Below are positions 10,164 to 20,400 of a stretch of DNA of 63,323 nucleotides, one piece after another. A program made the position numbers and the translations under genes. The notes below the pieces were generated by a model. It saw nothing but the letters and a program-made list of their open reading frames with translations. It did not search any database and was not told the origin of the DNA. Source of the DNA: a virus (lineage: Duplodnaviria; Caudoviricetes). The stretch is taken from positions 1 to 63,323 of the IMG/VR virus record IMGVR_UViG_3300035661_000064. The stretch is one strand, 5' to 3'. Within the stretch, counting starts at the first letter, position 1. Every line of letters starts with the position of its first letter.

Positions 10164-10592
10164 TTACTTTCTCACTAAATGATATTCACTATCTTTATTC
10201 ACTTTAATGATTGTATTTAAACTTAAAGCGTTTTTCTGAAGTATCTTCATGTACTCATCAACAAGCTCAGGATCTAGAATAAACACGTTTGCTTGCATAA
10301 ACTCTTTATGGTTCTTACAACCATTTATGTGCAGTAAAATTGACCATAAATCAATAAAGCCGTATAAGTACAAAGAAAGATGTTCAGGTCTCTGTTTAAA
10401 TATATCAATCAAAGGGATTGATATTTTCTGTGAATCTATAAAAGCGTCTAAAACTGTAAGAGGACTTTGGATGATCATTCCATCTTCATTGATAAACACT
10501 TTTTGGGAGATAACTGAATACTCGAAAGTCAAAAACTTCTCATATCGCTTAGTAAACTCGTTAAACGTCTTAAACGCATTAGTCGCAGCCAT
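10164..10592 (-). CDS. Baseplate wedge protein (T4 gp53-like)
   Basis: RPEHLSLYLYG..DLWSILLHIN motif; follows the gp5-like gene. Confidence 0.65.
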   Translation of the reverse strand: MAATNAFKTFNEFTKRYEKFLTFEYSVISQKVFINEDGMIIQSPLTVLDAFIDSQKISIPLIDIFKQRPEHLSLYLYGFIDLWSILLHINGCKNHKEFMQANVFILDPELVDEYMKILQKNALSLNTIIKVNKDSEYHLVRK

Positions 10593-10603
10593 AAAACTAT
10601 CCT

Positions 10604-11395
10604 TTAGTTCATGTAGATCTTCTTAGCTTTTATGCTAAAGTTTCCGTCTGTTTTAGCTTCAATCCCTTTCTTAGCATATGCTTTTAATGTTCCTTCAGTT
10701 TCAATAGAAAGCGTCTTAGAAAGCTTATCAAGAACAATTTTGTTTGTTTCATTACTTATACGAATCTGTTGAGTCTCTTTGTTATCTTCAATTGATATTG
10801 TGCTACCTGAATCAAATGTGATTTCAAAGCTGTTAGTATCTTCATTGTAGTCAAAGCCTATAATGTTTCCGTTAGGTGTTTCAAAGAGCTTAACAACATT
10901 TCGGAACTTTTCAGGGTCTTCAAGATTCTTCTTATTTTGTGTTATTCGCATGTTCTTAAACAAGATTTCTTCGTCTTCTAAAGTAGGAGAGAACGGAAGC
11001 CAGTAAAGCTTTTGAGGGTCGTTGTCTTCAGCTATGCAATAAACTACTTGATTCTTTTTAGGAAGATAAAATTGCGATATTGCATCTTGACTGCTACCTA
11101 TGATAAAACTAGGCATTGCCCATATATAGTCAGCTACTTCTGCAGCAACTGGAGTCTTAATATCAGAAAGCTTGTCAAATATCTCTGGGTTTGAAGAAAC
11201 GTTTTGATCCATAGCATAGTAGCTTCGATAAGTACTTCCTACTCCAGAAGCTTTCTTGTTGTACTCATCCATCAAACGTGTTAACTTAACTCCTAACTTT
11301 CCTTTCTTTTCAGGGTCAACATCTTCTATTACAATTCCTCTTAAGAAACCATCTAACTTAATATCATCAACTAGTTTTTCGCCTAAAGGGTTCAT
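10604..11395 (-). CDS. Baseplate hub/central spike (gp5/VgrG OB-fold)
   Basis: RGIVIEDVDPEKKGKLGV..IWAMP..FYLPKKNQVV..EDNDPQKLYW, beta-rich C-terminus; GGAG RBS and late promoter 11417-11428 support start 11395. Confidence 0.8.
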   Translation of the reverse strand: MNPLGEKLVDDIKLDGFLRGIVIEDVDPEKKGKLGVKLTRLMDEYNKKASGVGSTYRSYYAMDQNVSSNPEIFDKLSDIKTPVAAEVADYIWAMPSFIIGSSQDAISQFYLPKKNQVVYCIAEDNDPQKLYWLPFSPTLEDEEILFKNMRITQNKKNLEDPEKFRNVVKLFETPNGNIIGFDYNEDTNSFEITFDSGSTISIEDNKETQQIRISNETNKIVLDKLSKTLSIETEGTLKAYAKKGIEAKTDGNFSIKAKKIYMN

Positions 11396-11505
11396 AGATC
11401 TTTCTCCGGATTTAATCAACAGATTGTTCAAACATATATTATTTAAGTACTCTTTACCTTTAAGAGTGCTTAAATAATTCAATCCACAATATGAGGAAAA
11501 TTAAG

Positions 11506-12189
11506 ATGTTAAATATGTTAATGATTACAGGCTTTTCAGGGTGTGGTAAGTCTTATCTTCAAGAAAGTCTAGTTAAAATCTATCCTAACATGTATACATT
11601 TCCTGATTATACAATCGTAGATCGTATTCTTAGACCAGACGACCCTGATTTCTATAAGTCATCTTTTGACATAGATGAATCTTTTAAGAAAGCAACTGCT
11701 CATATGAAGGTAGTTAACTTAACTTCTTTTGGAAATTCTGTTTACTATTCGCTAATTGATGAAAGTAGACTAGCAGAAGAAGGAAAAGTACTAGTTTTAG
11801 TTTCTACACCAGAAGCAATTCAAACACAATTAGCTTCTATGCTTTTAGACTCTTTTGAAACAAACCATCTTATCAATTCTTCACTTCACATTGTATCATA
11901 CTACACTTACTCAAATGCTCGTCTTGCAATGAGTCCTCGTTTTAAGCTAAGAAATCTCAATGAAGAACAATCTAAAGTCAAGCTATTGATTAATGAGTTC
12001 TCTTCAACTAAATTCTTTAAGCTGTTGACTAAGAAAGGAATAGCAAACTCGATCATTCACACTCCAGTGTTGCTAACAGCTAATAATCCATACGGGTTTC
12101 ATAGTACCAATGAAACTTTCTTCACATTAGATATAGTACATGATACTCAACTTGCTTTTAACGAACTCAACAGAGTAGATAACGTATGA
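11506..12189 (+). CDS. P-loop nucleotide kinase (guanylate-kinase-like)
   Basis: ITGFSGCGKS Walker A, R.LRP.D, FGNSVYY. Confidence 0.6.
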   Translation: MLNMLMITGFSGCGKSYLQESLVKIYPNMYTFPDYTIVDRILRPDDPDFYKSSFDIDESFKKATAHMKVVNLTSFGNSVYYSLIDESRLAEEGKVLVLVSTPEAIQTQLASMLLDSFETNHLINSSLHIVSYYTYSNARLAMSPRFKLRNLNEEQSKVKLLINEFSSTKFFKLLTKKGIANSIIHTPVLLTANNPYGFHSTNETFFTLDIVHDTQLAFNELNRVDNV

Positions 12190-13733
12190 CAGATGAAACT
12201 TTGACTGGTCTTGATGCTTTAAACTTAATTTCTGAAAGTGAGTTTCAAGCTAAAATAGGCTTTCCTAAAACAGCACTTTCTGACTCACAAACAAAACTCC
12301 TCTGTGAAATATTTGATTTTGTCATGGAGTTTGATAGCGATGAAACAAAAGACAAACGGATTTACTCAGTTTCAGGATATGCAGGATCAGGTAAATCTAC
12401 TATTATCAATGCACTGATTCTGTCTCTATTGAAAGTAGGTGGTTTGACTCATCGTTTCGATTATCATTTAATCACTCCGACAAACAAAGCAAAAAACGTT
12501 TTAAGACAGAAAGGTCATGAAACTGCAAATACAGTCTTTTCTGAATTCTTTATACCATTAGATCTTTCAGCAGACGAAGAGTTTGTGATTTCATTAACGC
12601 TATACTATTGCAACCGTTTAGGAATAGACGTTTCTAACTTTCAGGAAAGAAACATCATTGACATTATCAATGAAATAAACTCTCTCTTTAACCGTTTAAA
12701 CGTTACTGACCGTACAGCAGTTATACATGCTTCACCTTCTTTGATGAATAACTACTTTACACCGGGTCAGATCAAGAAGTATTTCAAACTAGGAAATACT
12801 GCAATTCCCGTTCCTCAGAATTTAGATATTACTGATCCATCTCAAACTAGTGAAACTATCATGTTTCTGTTCAATCAACCTGTAAATGTCTATTCAATTA
12901 TCATCATAGACGAAGCTTCAATGTTTGACGATTTCATTGTGAATACACTTCTAGAAAAGTTTCCTGATACACCTATTATTCAATTTGGAGATGTAGGGCA
13001 GTTAGACCCTGTTAAAAATCCTACTAACAAATATCTCAATCAGCCTAACTTCACATTAACTGAAAACAAAAGAATTCAGTTAGTTAACAATCAAACTGAA
13101 TCTAACATTCTTGCTTATGCGTTAGATATTCGAAAGAAAGTAAAGTATATTGATTCTGTAGGATCATTAGTTCTAGAAGACTTTTTACGTCTTCCAATTG
13201 AAGAACTATTTCAAGATAAAGAACTAATGTCTTTCTGCGTTCATGAAGTCGATCAATGTATTGCAGGAAAGAACAAGACTGTAAATGTAATGAACGATCT
13301 GTTTCGTAAAGAACTAGGTTTTAAAGGCTCTCTTCCATGTAAAGGCGACAAGTTAGTTGCTAAGAAAAACAATCGAGATCTAGGTATATTCAACTCAGAC
13401 TTGTTTAAAGTAACTGAAGTAGGAGACATTGACAAAAAGACAGGATGTATTTATCTTAGCTTAGTTAATCTTGATAGTGGACAAGAGAAACATTTTGTAC
13501 CTGTAAATCTAGCATACTTTGATCCACGTATTAAAGAGAAAGTCTTCTACAAAACTCTTCTTAAACATGCACAGTTAAATTTTGGTTATTGTATCACATG
13601 CCATGCTTCTCAAGGCTCAGAGTATGATAATGTCTTAGTCATTGAAGAACCTATAACTAATTCTCAAAAGTGGATATATACTGCTTGGACTAGACCTAAA
13701 AAGTTCTTAATCAGCTTGTATCACGAACGTTAA
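12186..13733 (+). CDS. dda: SF1B helicase (Dda/RecD-like)
   Basis: GYAGSGKST, TPTNKA, IIDEASM, GDVGQLDPV, YCITCHASQGSEY, YTAWTR. Confidence 0.9.
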   Translation: MTDETLTGLDALNLISESEFQAKIGFPKTALSDSQTKLLCEIFDFVMEFDSDETKDKRIYSVSGYAGSGKSTIINALILSLLKVGGLTHRFDYHLITPTNKAKNVLRQKGHETANTVFSEFFIPLDLSADEEFVISLTLYYCNRLGIDVSNFQERNIIDIINEINSLFNRLNVTDRTAVIHASPSLMNNYFTPGQIKKYFKLGNTAIPVPQNLDITDPSQTSETIMFLFNQPVNVYSIIIIDEASMFDDFIVNTLLEKFPDTPIIQFGDVGQLDPVKNPTNKYLNQPNFTLTENKRIQLVNNQTESNILAYALDIRKKVKYIDSVGSLVLEDFLRLPIEELFQDKELMSFCVHEVDQCIAGKNKTVNVMNDLFRKELGFKGSLPCKGDKLVAKKNNRDLGIFNSDLFKVTEVGDIDKKTGCIYLSLVNLDSGQEKHFVPVNLAYFDPRIKEKVFYKTLLKHAQLNFGYCITCHASQGSEYDNVLVIEEPITNSQKWIYTAWTRPKKFLISLYHER

Positions 13734-13785
13734 ATTTGAGACATTAACAGCCTATGGGAGTAATATCCCATAGGCTGTTTCTTTT

Positions 13786-14052
13786 TTAAGGAGGAGTCAA
13801 ATCAGGAAACCATGTATTGACTTCTTCTTCAATGCAAACACCGATGATATCAGCTGAATTGACATGTTCTGTAGCCCATTTCTTAGAACCTTGATCAAAT
13901 GCAGTAATTGAAATACGATCGTCTGCTTCGTTATACTGAACTTGGTCAGAAGACCTTACATACATAATGAAACCTGATTCAATGCGAAAGTAGCGAACAT
14001 CATTTAGGCGAGTTTTCAGCAAGTTGGCTAGGAATTCTGTAGAGGCTGCCAT
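13786..14052 (-). CDS. Hypothetical protein
   Basis: AAGGA RBS; last gene of the endolysin operon, followed by a terminator at ~13748-13785. Confidence 0.6.
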   Translation of the reverse strand: MAASTEFLANLLKTRLNDVRYFRIESGFIMYVRSSDQVQYNEADDRISITAFDQGSKKWATEHVNSADIIGVCIEEEVNTWFPDLTPP

Positions 14053-14461
14053 CGTTTAAATCCTTGTAGTCATTATTGAATGAAAGGAACTTTTGAAAGA
14101 ATTCCTTACGTTGTTTCGTAGAAATGAGATAAACAGTTTTACCGTCTTCTGCTTTTTGCATTTCAACTGGAATAGACGAGTTTATATTCCACATCATAAA
14201 TGTTTTGAATATCTCTTCCTCTTCTTTAGTTAGAGGAACATTCTCTCCATTATGATCAGAGAATGCAAAATATGCTTCAACTTTAGGTTTAAAACAACAT
14301 TCACTTAAAGTATCTGTTTTATTACTGCTTTCTACATTATACATAGAGAGATTTGTTTCATACTTTTTAAGTTGTGCATTGTTAGAAGGTAAAGAGCTAA
14401 TAAAAGTTGCAATAGATACTAGTAACACTGCTAAAATTGGATGAGTAAAATGAAGTTTCAT
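14000..14461 (-). CDS. Hypothetical secreted/membrane protein
   Basis: N-terminal hydrophobic segment (PILAVLLVSIATFIS); directly downstream of the lysozyme-like gene. Confidence 0.5.
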   Translation of the reverse strand: MKLHFTHPILAVLLVSIATFISSLPSNNAQLKKYETNLSMYNVESSNKTDTLSECCFKPKVEAYFAFSDHNGENVPLTKEEEEIFKTFMMWNINSSIPVEMQKAEDGKTVYLISTKQRKEFFQKFLSFNNDYKDLNDGSLYRIPSQLAENSPK

Positions 14462-14476
14462 AAAAAACAAACCCGT

Positions 14477-15316
14477 TTATTTAGCACTGAACATTTTAGA
14501 AATTGAAGCAATCAATGAAGAATGCTCAGTTATTTGTGTTTCTTGTTTAGTAGAAACTGGTGGAGTGATCGTAGGAGAATTACGTAAAGTAACGTTTTCT
14601 TGAGTTACACGATTTAATGCTTGCTGTAAATTGTAATTCTCAATACGAAGAACTTCCATCATTGCAAACTGAATCTTAATTGCTACACTAGAACACATTT
14701 TATCTACGTTAGTAGAACGACGAATCACATCATCGGGACGTTTCTTTCCCCATGCAGTGCCATTTTTCAGCATCAATACAGTACTATGATCAATGACAAC
14801 GTTGTTTTTAGCGTTCTCCTTAATCCAACCAAAAAGAGTACCCCCTATAGAGCTTCCGATTTGGTTCTGAAAGTCTGCAATAGCTACAAACCCTGTAAGT
14901 GTAATGTTTGTAACATTTGCAGCAGTTATAAACTTAATAACGTAAGAGTATAGTTCAGAGAAATGTTCAAAGTCAGCTTCGTCTATAGCTGCTCGACCTT
15001 CAGGAGTTTTAAGTTTAGCTTCTAACCCTCTAATTCGTTCTAGTGAAATAGATTGATCTCGAAGAGCAATGATTTCACTATCACTTAAACCTACTTTTCT
15101 CAATATGGTTCTTGCAGTGTTGAAGTTTGTATTCATGTCATATTGAGATCTTCCAAAAGTAGTACCACTTTTAGATTTGTTCCATCCATCTGCATCAGCA
15201 AAACCATAAATGTACTTTTCTAAGCCTGATACTTCGCTTTCTGTAATAGCAAGCATAATAGCTTCAGTGACTTGCTTCTTGTATAAAGCTAAGTCAGTCA
15301 TGTTAAGGATTATCAT
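14477..15316 (-). CDS. Putative endolysin/muramidase (pesticin-C/T4-lysozyme-like)
   Basis: E...SG...FADADG..KSGTTFGRSQYD, DFQNQIG, DVIRR motifs. Confidence 0.6.
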   Translation of the reverse strand: MIILNMTDLALYKKQVTEAIMLAITESEVSGLEKYIYGFADADGWNKSKSGTTFGRSQYDMNTNFNTARTILRKVGLSDSEIIALRDQSISLERIRGLEAKLKTPEGRAAIDEADFEHFSELYSYVIKFITAANVTNITLTGFVAIADFQNQIGSSIGGTLFGWIKENAKNNVVIDHSTVLMLKNGTAWGKKRPDDVIRRSTNVDKMCSSVAIKIQFAMMEVLRIENYNLQQALNRVTQENVTLRNSPTITPPVSTKQETQITEHSSLIASISKMFSAK

Positions 15317-15344
15317 AAATCAATCACCTTTCTTTAGTAGTTAA

Positions 15345-16592
15345 TCAAAGACTGTCAAGAAACTCCAGTAGTTTCGTATTGTATTCAAACGAGAAGTATA
15401 GACCTAATTCATAGTTGCTATTAGGGTCTGCATGAAATAGAGTAACCGCAAGTTGTTCTCTATCAAATACATAGTCTAACCCATCAGTTAAATCTACATC
15501 TCCATCTTTTATAAGCTCAACACTCACATTGCTCCCTTTGCTTACTACGTCGTTACTATCTATGAAACTGATTATGTTCTTGTTCAGAGCACTTTTTAGA
15601 TCAATCATTTCAACAGCAGTATTTGCATCTGAGATTACCGTGCTATTGAAGATCATTACTCTGTTTTCAAAATCTCGTGGCAAAACCTTCTTGAAAATCG
15701 ATATAGAAGCAAAGCTAGACCCTTCTCCTACAATCATTGGCTCTGTAGGAATTAGTTCTAATAAATCTACTTCATTTTGGGACAATGCAAATAGCATACT
15801 AGGTACAGCTAATTCACACCATCCTTGCAGATCAATGTAAGCTTTGTCAACTACAAAGTCTTTTTTAACCACTGTCATATTAGGTCTTTCAAATGAAACT
15901 AGTAAGTTCTTTACTAGATAAAACCCTATAGACAGTTTTCCTGTTGAATTATTAGTGAACAACTCAAACTTAGTAAGTCCAAAGCTGTTTAAGTACTTAA
16001 CAAAATCTTCAGTATTTTGATAATCAGATAAATGGAATCCACGATCTTTAGCTATGTAGTAAACAATTGTGTTAGGAATCTCATGAAGCATACGAACTTT
16101 GTTGTAATAAGCAGGACGTTCAAAGTTAAGAACGTTTATAAGATAATTGCTTACATTCCATCCTTGTTCTTCAGAGTCTAAATTGATTCTAGCTGAAAAT
16201 GTGAATTTTCTTCTACGTTCCTCAATAGCAATAGATTGGTTGTTAATGTCTGAAAAGAAGATTTTAGGTAAGTAATCTACATTTGGAAACATTCTAGTAG
16301 CCGGAGAAGTCATTAAATTATCAAACTCAAAAGGATGTCTACCTCCGAATTCAACATTGTCTAACTTAGGTTCAATCTTAAAAAACAAAGAAGGTCTTCT
16401 TGAGTTGAAGTACTCTTTTTGAGTTTTTAAAATAGCAGGAAGTAAAGCACCATCATTCAATATAGCAGTTGCTTTAAAGTAATCAGGTTTAAAACGCTTC
16501 TTTAAAAGAGCTATGATAGTTCCTGTTACTGAGCTAAATGAACTAGTAACAGAAAGAACGCTCTTATAGTGATAACGAAGATTTTCAGTCAT
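15345..16592 (-). CDS. Putative virion structural protein
   Basis: 415-aa ORF with GGGAG RBS; no catalytic motif recognised. Confidence 0.4.
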   Translation of the reverse strand: MTENLRYHYKSVLSVTSSFSSVTGTIIALLKKRFKPDYFKATAILNDGALLPAILKTQKEYFNSRRPSLFFKIEPKLDNVEFGGRHPFEFDNLMTSPATRMFPNVDYLPKIFFSDINNQSIAIEERRRKFTFSARINLDSEEQGWNVSNYLINVLNFERPAYYNKVRMLHEIPNTIVYYIAKDRGFHLSDYQNTEDFVKYLNSFGLTKFELFTNNSTGKLSIGFYLVKNLLVSFERPNMTVVKKDFVVDKAYIDLQGWCELAVPSMLFALSQNEVDLLELIPTEPMIVGEGSSFASISIFKKVLPRDFENRVMIFNSTVISDANTAVEMIDLKSALNKNIISFIDSNDVVSKGSNVSVELIKDGDVDLTDGLDYVFDREQLAVTLFHADPNSNYELGLYFSFEYNTKLLEFLDSL

Positions 16593-16665
16593 AGATCATT
16601 CTCCCTATAAAAAATAATGACCTAGGTTCCTTTAAGAAACCTAGGTCTAAGCAAACTTAATTCAA

Positions 16666-17250
16666 TCAATTGTTAGGAACAAACTCGTCTTTAATGATTC
16701 TGAGAATAAGTGTAAAGAAGTCTTCTTTCACAATATCAACATCTATCAACTTTGAAGTTGTAAACACCTCAGCAAATCTATCCCAAGGAGTTCCATCTAA
16801 TAAATTAGTAGACGCTCCTAAAACTGAGTTACTCTCTAATTGCATATAAAGAGTACTTGATTCTGCAAATGATACAATATCATCATAGAACGAACTGCAG
16901 ATTTTAGGTGTATTACTTAATACAACTGTAAGTGGATGAGGTTCAGAAACCACAATGATGTAGAACTCTTGAAAGTTTCTTACATCTGTTTCAGCATTAC
17001 TTGCATAATATAGATAGCCATTTTCAATAAGTACGTTTAATGCAAAATACTGATAATACAAATCATAGTCAGCTTTGCTTAAAGCATAAATAGCGTTTTC
17101 AATTGTCTTTGTTTTGTTTTCTACTTCAAAATTAATCCATGCAATAGGAGGAGCGTTAATTGTTTTATTGAAGATAGCGCTAAGAAGTTTACTTCTTGCA
17201 AAGCGAATAAACTCTTTAACTTTTTCAATGAAAGACATCTGATTTTCCAT
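16666..17250 (-). CDS. Hypothetical protein
   Basis: 194-aa ORF, AGGTG RBS. Confidence 0.6.
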   Translation of the reverse strand: MENQMSFIEKVKEFIRFARSKLLSAIFNKTINAPPIAWINFEVENKTKTIENAIYALSKADYDLYYQYFALNVLIENGYLYYASNAETDVRNFQEFYIIVVSEPHPLTVVLSNTPKICSSFYDDIVSFAESSTLYMQLESNSVLGASTNLLDGTPWDRFAEVFTTSKLIDVDIVKEDFFTLILRIIKDEFVPNN

Positions 17251-17286
17251 AAATATTACACCTTTAAGGGTTAGTTAACAAACAAC

Positions 17287-17490
17287 AAAAAAGATAAGCT
17301 TGAAGCTTATCTTAGGGAATAAGAAACTGTAATAGTCTAGTGACTTAAACTATTACAGAAAGGCGCACCATTAATGTTTTGAGGACTTTCTATCCTATGG
17401 TGCTTTTGGAGTATAAACGTGCTTTTAAAAGAGCCATCTTTTGGATGACAAGACTCTTTTAAAAGCAGTTTAAGGATTCTTAAACTGCTT
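17287..17490 (-). ncRNA. Candidate structured 3' UTR/small RNA with five hairpins ending in an intrinsic terminator
   Basis: Stems 17463-74/17479-90, 17421-33/17454-66, 17365-70/17398-403, 17327-36/17349-58, 17291-301/17303-13 followed by a U-tract on the - strand. Confidence 0.45.
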
Positions 17491-17503
17491 CGTTGTTTAG
17501 GTT

Positions 17504-18172
17504 TTAGACTTCAAAACCCAGTGTGAAGATTCTGTCTTTTTGGATGAGAGAAAATACCCGTTTTTGTTCATCAATTGGGTTGATGTTCCATACGTGTTTG
17601 CGGTTTTGAACAACAAAAGAACTTTTGTAGTTTATGGCATCGCTGATGAAGCCACTTAAAGAGTCATCTAAGAAGATAGACTCAACGTAGAAGATACCTA
17701 AACTTGATTCAGTTTCTTTAACTTCAAAAATTCCATCTTTGTTACTTTCAGTAACTTCGAGGTATTCTTCATTGTCTTTGCGGAAGAGAAGATTATCTTT
17801 GTCTTTGTTGATAGCATACTTTTCGCCATTGATTGAAAAGTACAATTTAGAAGAGCTTGCATCACTTGCTTCTTCATCTACAGCAAAGCCATAGGTATTA
17901 TCTACTAAAGAATCACTACTTGACTCAATCAAGAAGGGCATAGCGCTAGTTACATTAAAAGCTCGATTAAGAATTTTCCATTCTTTCAGTGACAGATTGT
18001 AATCAGGGAAAGAACGCTTTCCTGTCTGAAGATCTTTGATTGAAAAGTCAATTCGTTCGTCAAAAGGCTTTTCATAGACGTTCTTCCGAACAATGTGGAA
18101 CAGTACGTCTTCAGAAACGTATTGTTGAAGATTCTGACCTTTGTTCATTTTGATTTCAAAGATGCGTGACAT
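17504..18172 (-). CDS. Hypothetical early protein
   Basis: 222-aa ORF, GGAG RBS, early promoter 18211-18226. Confidence 0.65.
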   Translation of the reverse strand: MSRIFEIKMNKGQNLQQYVSEDVLFHIVRKNVYEKPFDERIDFSIKDLQTGKRSFPDYNLSLKEWKILNRAFNVTSAMPFLIESSSDSLVDNTYGFAVDEEASDASSSKLYFSINGEKYAINKDKDNLLFRKDNEEYLEVTESNKDGIFEVKETESSLGIFYVESIFLDDSLSGFISDAINYKSSFVVQNRKHVWNINPIDEQKRVFSLIQKDRIFTLGFEV

Positions 18173-18277
18173 ATACTTACTCCATAGATTAGTTGATTAA
18201 GGCATAGAAATAATATATGTTTGAAATATCAGTCAACAAACTGATAGGCACTATTTATGCCTATCAGTTTTGAGATG

Positions 18278-19522
18278 TTAGCCTTCTTCTTCGTCTACTG
18301 TATCAATGCCGCTCAATTCATCGGCTTTTAAATGAGGTAAGTATTCAATTAGACAGTTTTCTAAAGCTGTATAGAAGGCTGTTTGAAATGCTTGATCAGT
18401 TTCAAGAAGCTTTGGAATAGACGCTTTATAGAACTTAGGAGTATAACCGTCTATAGAGTACCATGCACCTGTCAATTTGATAAAGCCTTGTTGAATCAAG
18501 AATTCTAATTGAGAAGACACATCATCCCATACACCACCGTTGGTTCGATCAAATAGCATTTTGAATCGTAAACCCGTTTGGAACGTTCTCGCTTTAATAA
18601 TCTCAATTTCGCATAGAGTTGCATTAAGATTATCTTTGGCTTCAGACATAGTTTTAACTGGATGAATTCGAACATACCAGTCAGCATAGTATCTCCAACC
18701 ACTGCCACCAGACACACTTTCTTCAGGTTTAAGACCGGGAATAGGATTACGAGGTAAAGCAGTAATTCCAGTATTGATGTTAATAGTGATGTGGTTTATA
18801 CCAAATACAATGATATTAGCTGAAATGAGTTTGTCAAGAACGTTTTTGATGATCTTATTGCTGTAAATAGCATTTTGAGCACCTTCCATGTTACTGCCTA
18901 AATCAGCACTTTCAGACATCTTCTCTTTAGTTAAAGATGCAATAGAGTCAATGATCACTACAGTAGGCTGCATTACTGTAACCTTTTCACCATTGAAATC
19001 AACTTCAATTTGAAAACGATCAAGATTGTTCATTTTCATTTCATAGATTGAGTTAATCATCTTTAACAGAGATTCAAGATTAGTATTCTTGTTAACGTGT
19101 ATGATACGTTTATCGTTAGAGATTCCTGTAATCTGAGTTAAACGATTACGACGTTGTGCCTTTTCACCATCAAAATAATACATCTGACCAAGTGGGTAAG
19201 CTTTAATGATTCCAGCACCCACTTGAACAGCAAAAGTGGTCTTACCAATACCCGTAGCACCAATGATTTGGCACATACGTCCAGTGGGAAACCCGAAGTT
19301 TATCGTTTTTGACTTAGGATCATAGAATCCTGAGTTGTGGACATCTGCTAAAAGCATACCACTTTCGAAAAGAGCAAAGTTGTCATGAGTTGCAATAGCT
19401 CCGATCTCGTATAGACCATCAACTATTGAATTCAAAAAGTCTGAGTCTGAAAGAGAGCTTGCATCAAAGCTTCCATCTTCTTTAGCTTTCTTAGTAGGTT
19501 TCTTTAAAGGTGCTTTTGCCAT
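18278..19522 (-). CDS. recA: RecA/UvsX recombinase
   Basis: GFPTGR, GATGIGKTT Walker A, FDGEKA, VIIDSIASL Walker B, INH, SGGSGWRYYA, GAWYS. Confidence 0.9.
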   Translation of the reverse strand: MAKAPLKKPTKKAKEDGSFDASSLSDSDFLNSIVDGLYEIGAIATHDNFALFESGMLLADVHNSGFYDPKSKTINFGFPTGRMCQIIGATGIGKTTFAVQVGAGIIKAYPLGQMYYFDGEKAQRRNRLTQITGISNDKRIIHVNKNTNLESLLKMINSIYEMKMNNLDRFQIEVDFNGEKVTVMQPTVVIIDSIASLTKEKMSESADLGSNMEGAQNAIYSNKIIKNVLDKLISANIIVFGINHITININTGITALPRNPIPGLKPEESVSGGSGWRYYADWYVRIHPVKTMSEAKDNLNATLCEIEIIKARTFQTGLRFKMLFDRTNGGVWDDVSSQLEFLIQQGFIKLTGAWYSIDGYTPKFYKASIPKLLETDQAFQTAFYTALENCLIEYLPHLKADELSGIDTVDEEEG

Positions 19523-19569
19523 GATAAGTGTGTATCCTTAGGGTTAGTTTGAAAGGGAAAGTTGTCAAA

Positions 19570-19624
19570 AAGGGGTTTTCCCCCGTTTGGGGGAAAATCC
19601 TAAAGTCTTGATTTTCAACAAAAC
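19570..19624. repeat. ~55-bp intergenic copy of an internal segment of the AntA-like gene (20206-20261), containing palindrome TTCCCCC-GTTT-GGGGGAA
   Basis: AAGGGGTTTTCCCCCGTTTGGGGGAA..CCTAAAGTCTTGATTTTCAACAAAAC present at both sites. Confidence 0.95.
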
Positions 19625-19632
19625 TAAGCTAG

Positions 19633-20400
19633 TTATTCAAAATAAGCAATTGGAATGTTTAGAGTCATACCGGGAAGAGCTATATGGCGACATAGGAAGG
19701 TTTTACCACTTCGACTTAAGCTTTCTTTGATTAAGTCTTTTTCAAATTGCTCACGTATTGAAACAAGATCTTCACTATTGAAAACTTCTCGAACAATTTC
19801 ACCATATTGAAACAACAACATCTCGCATTTGTAGTAAGTTAGAACTAAAGTAACTCGATCAATAGAACCTAGCTCAGGAAAATAATTAGAGCGAATCTTC
19901 TTTCGTGATAAGTATTGTCCTGATTCAAATTCTGTTACATTGATATGCTTAGGAAAGTGAACATGGTTTTCAATAAACTCTTTGTTTGAATGCTGTTCTA
20001 AACGAAGTGCTTCAGCTTCGTCTTCTCTTTCAGCTAAATAACGAAACAAGTCTCCTTTAGACATTGATTCTAAGAAAGTCTTAAGTTGTTCCATGCAATC
20101 AATAAAGAAAAGTCTTGTTTCCTTTCCTTTAGGAGATTTAGAAACCATAGCTGATTGCATTGCCATGCTCAATGTCATGCAATAGTTTTTAGAGGGACGA
20201 CCATTAAGGGGTTTTCCCCCGTTTGGGGGAATATACCTAAAGTCTTGATTTTCAACAAAACCATATGACTCTACTAAATCTTGAAACCAAGTTGGATGGT
20301 CACGACCAATTTCTAACCATTCATGCAATAGTCTAGAATCTACTGGAAAAGATGTTTTGATGTTGATTGATAGAAAGTCACTTACAGTTTTTACTGTCAT
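19633..20400 (-). CDS. AntA/AntB-family antirepressor-like protein
   Basis: VDSRLLHEWLEIGRDHPTWF...YGFVENQDF...GRPSKNYCMTLSMA...S.KGKETRLFFIDCME; AAGGA RBS supports ATG 20400. Confidence 0.85.
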   Translation of the reverse strand: MTVKTVSDFLSINIKTSFPVDSRLLHEWLEIGRDHPTWFQDLVESYGFVENQDFRYIPPNGGKPLNGRPSKNYCMTLSMAMQSAMVSKSPKGKETRLFFIDCMEQLKTFLESMSKGDLFRYLAEREDEAEALRLEQHSNKEFIENHVHFPKHINVTEFESGQYLSRKKIRSNYFPELGSIDRVTLVLTYYKCEMLLFQYGEIVREVFNSEDLVSIREQFEKDLIKESLSRSGKTFLCRHIALPGMTLNIPIAYFE

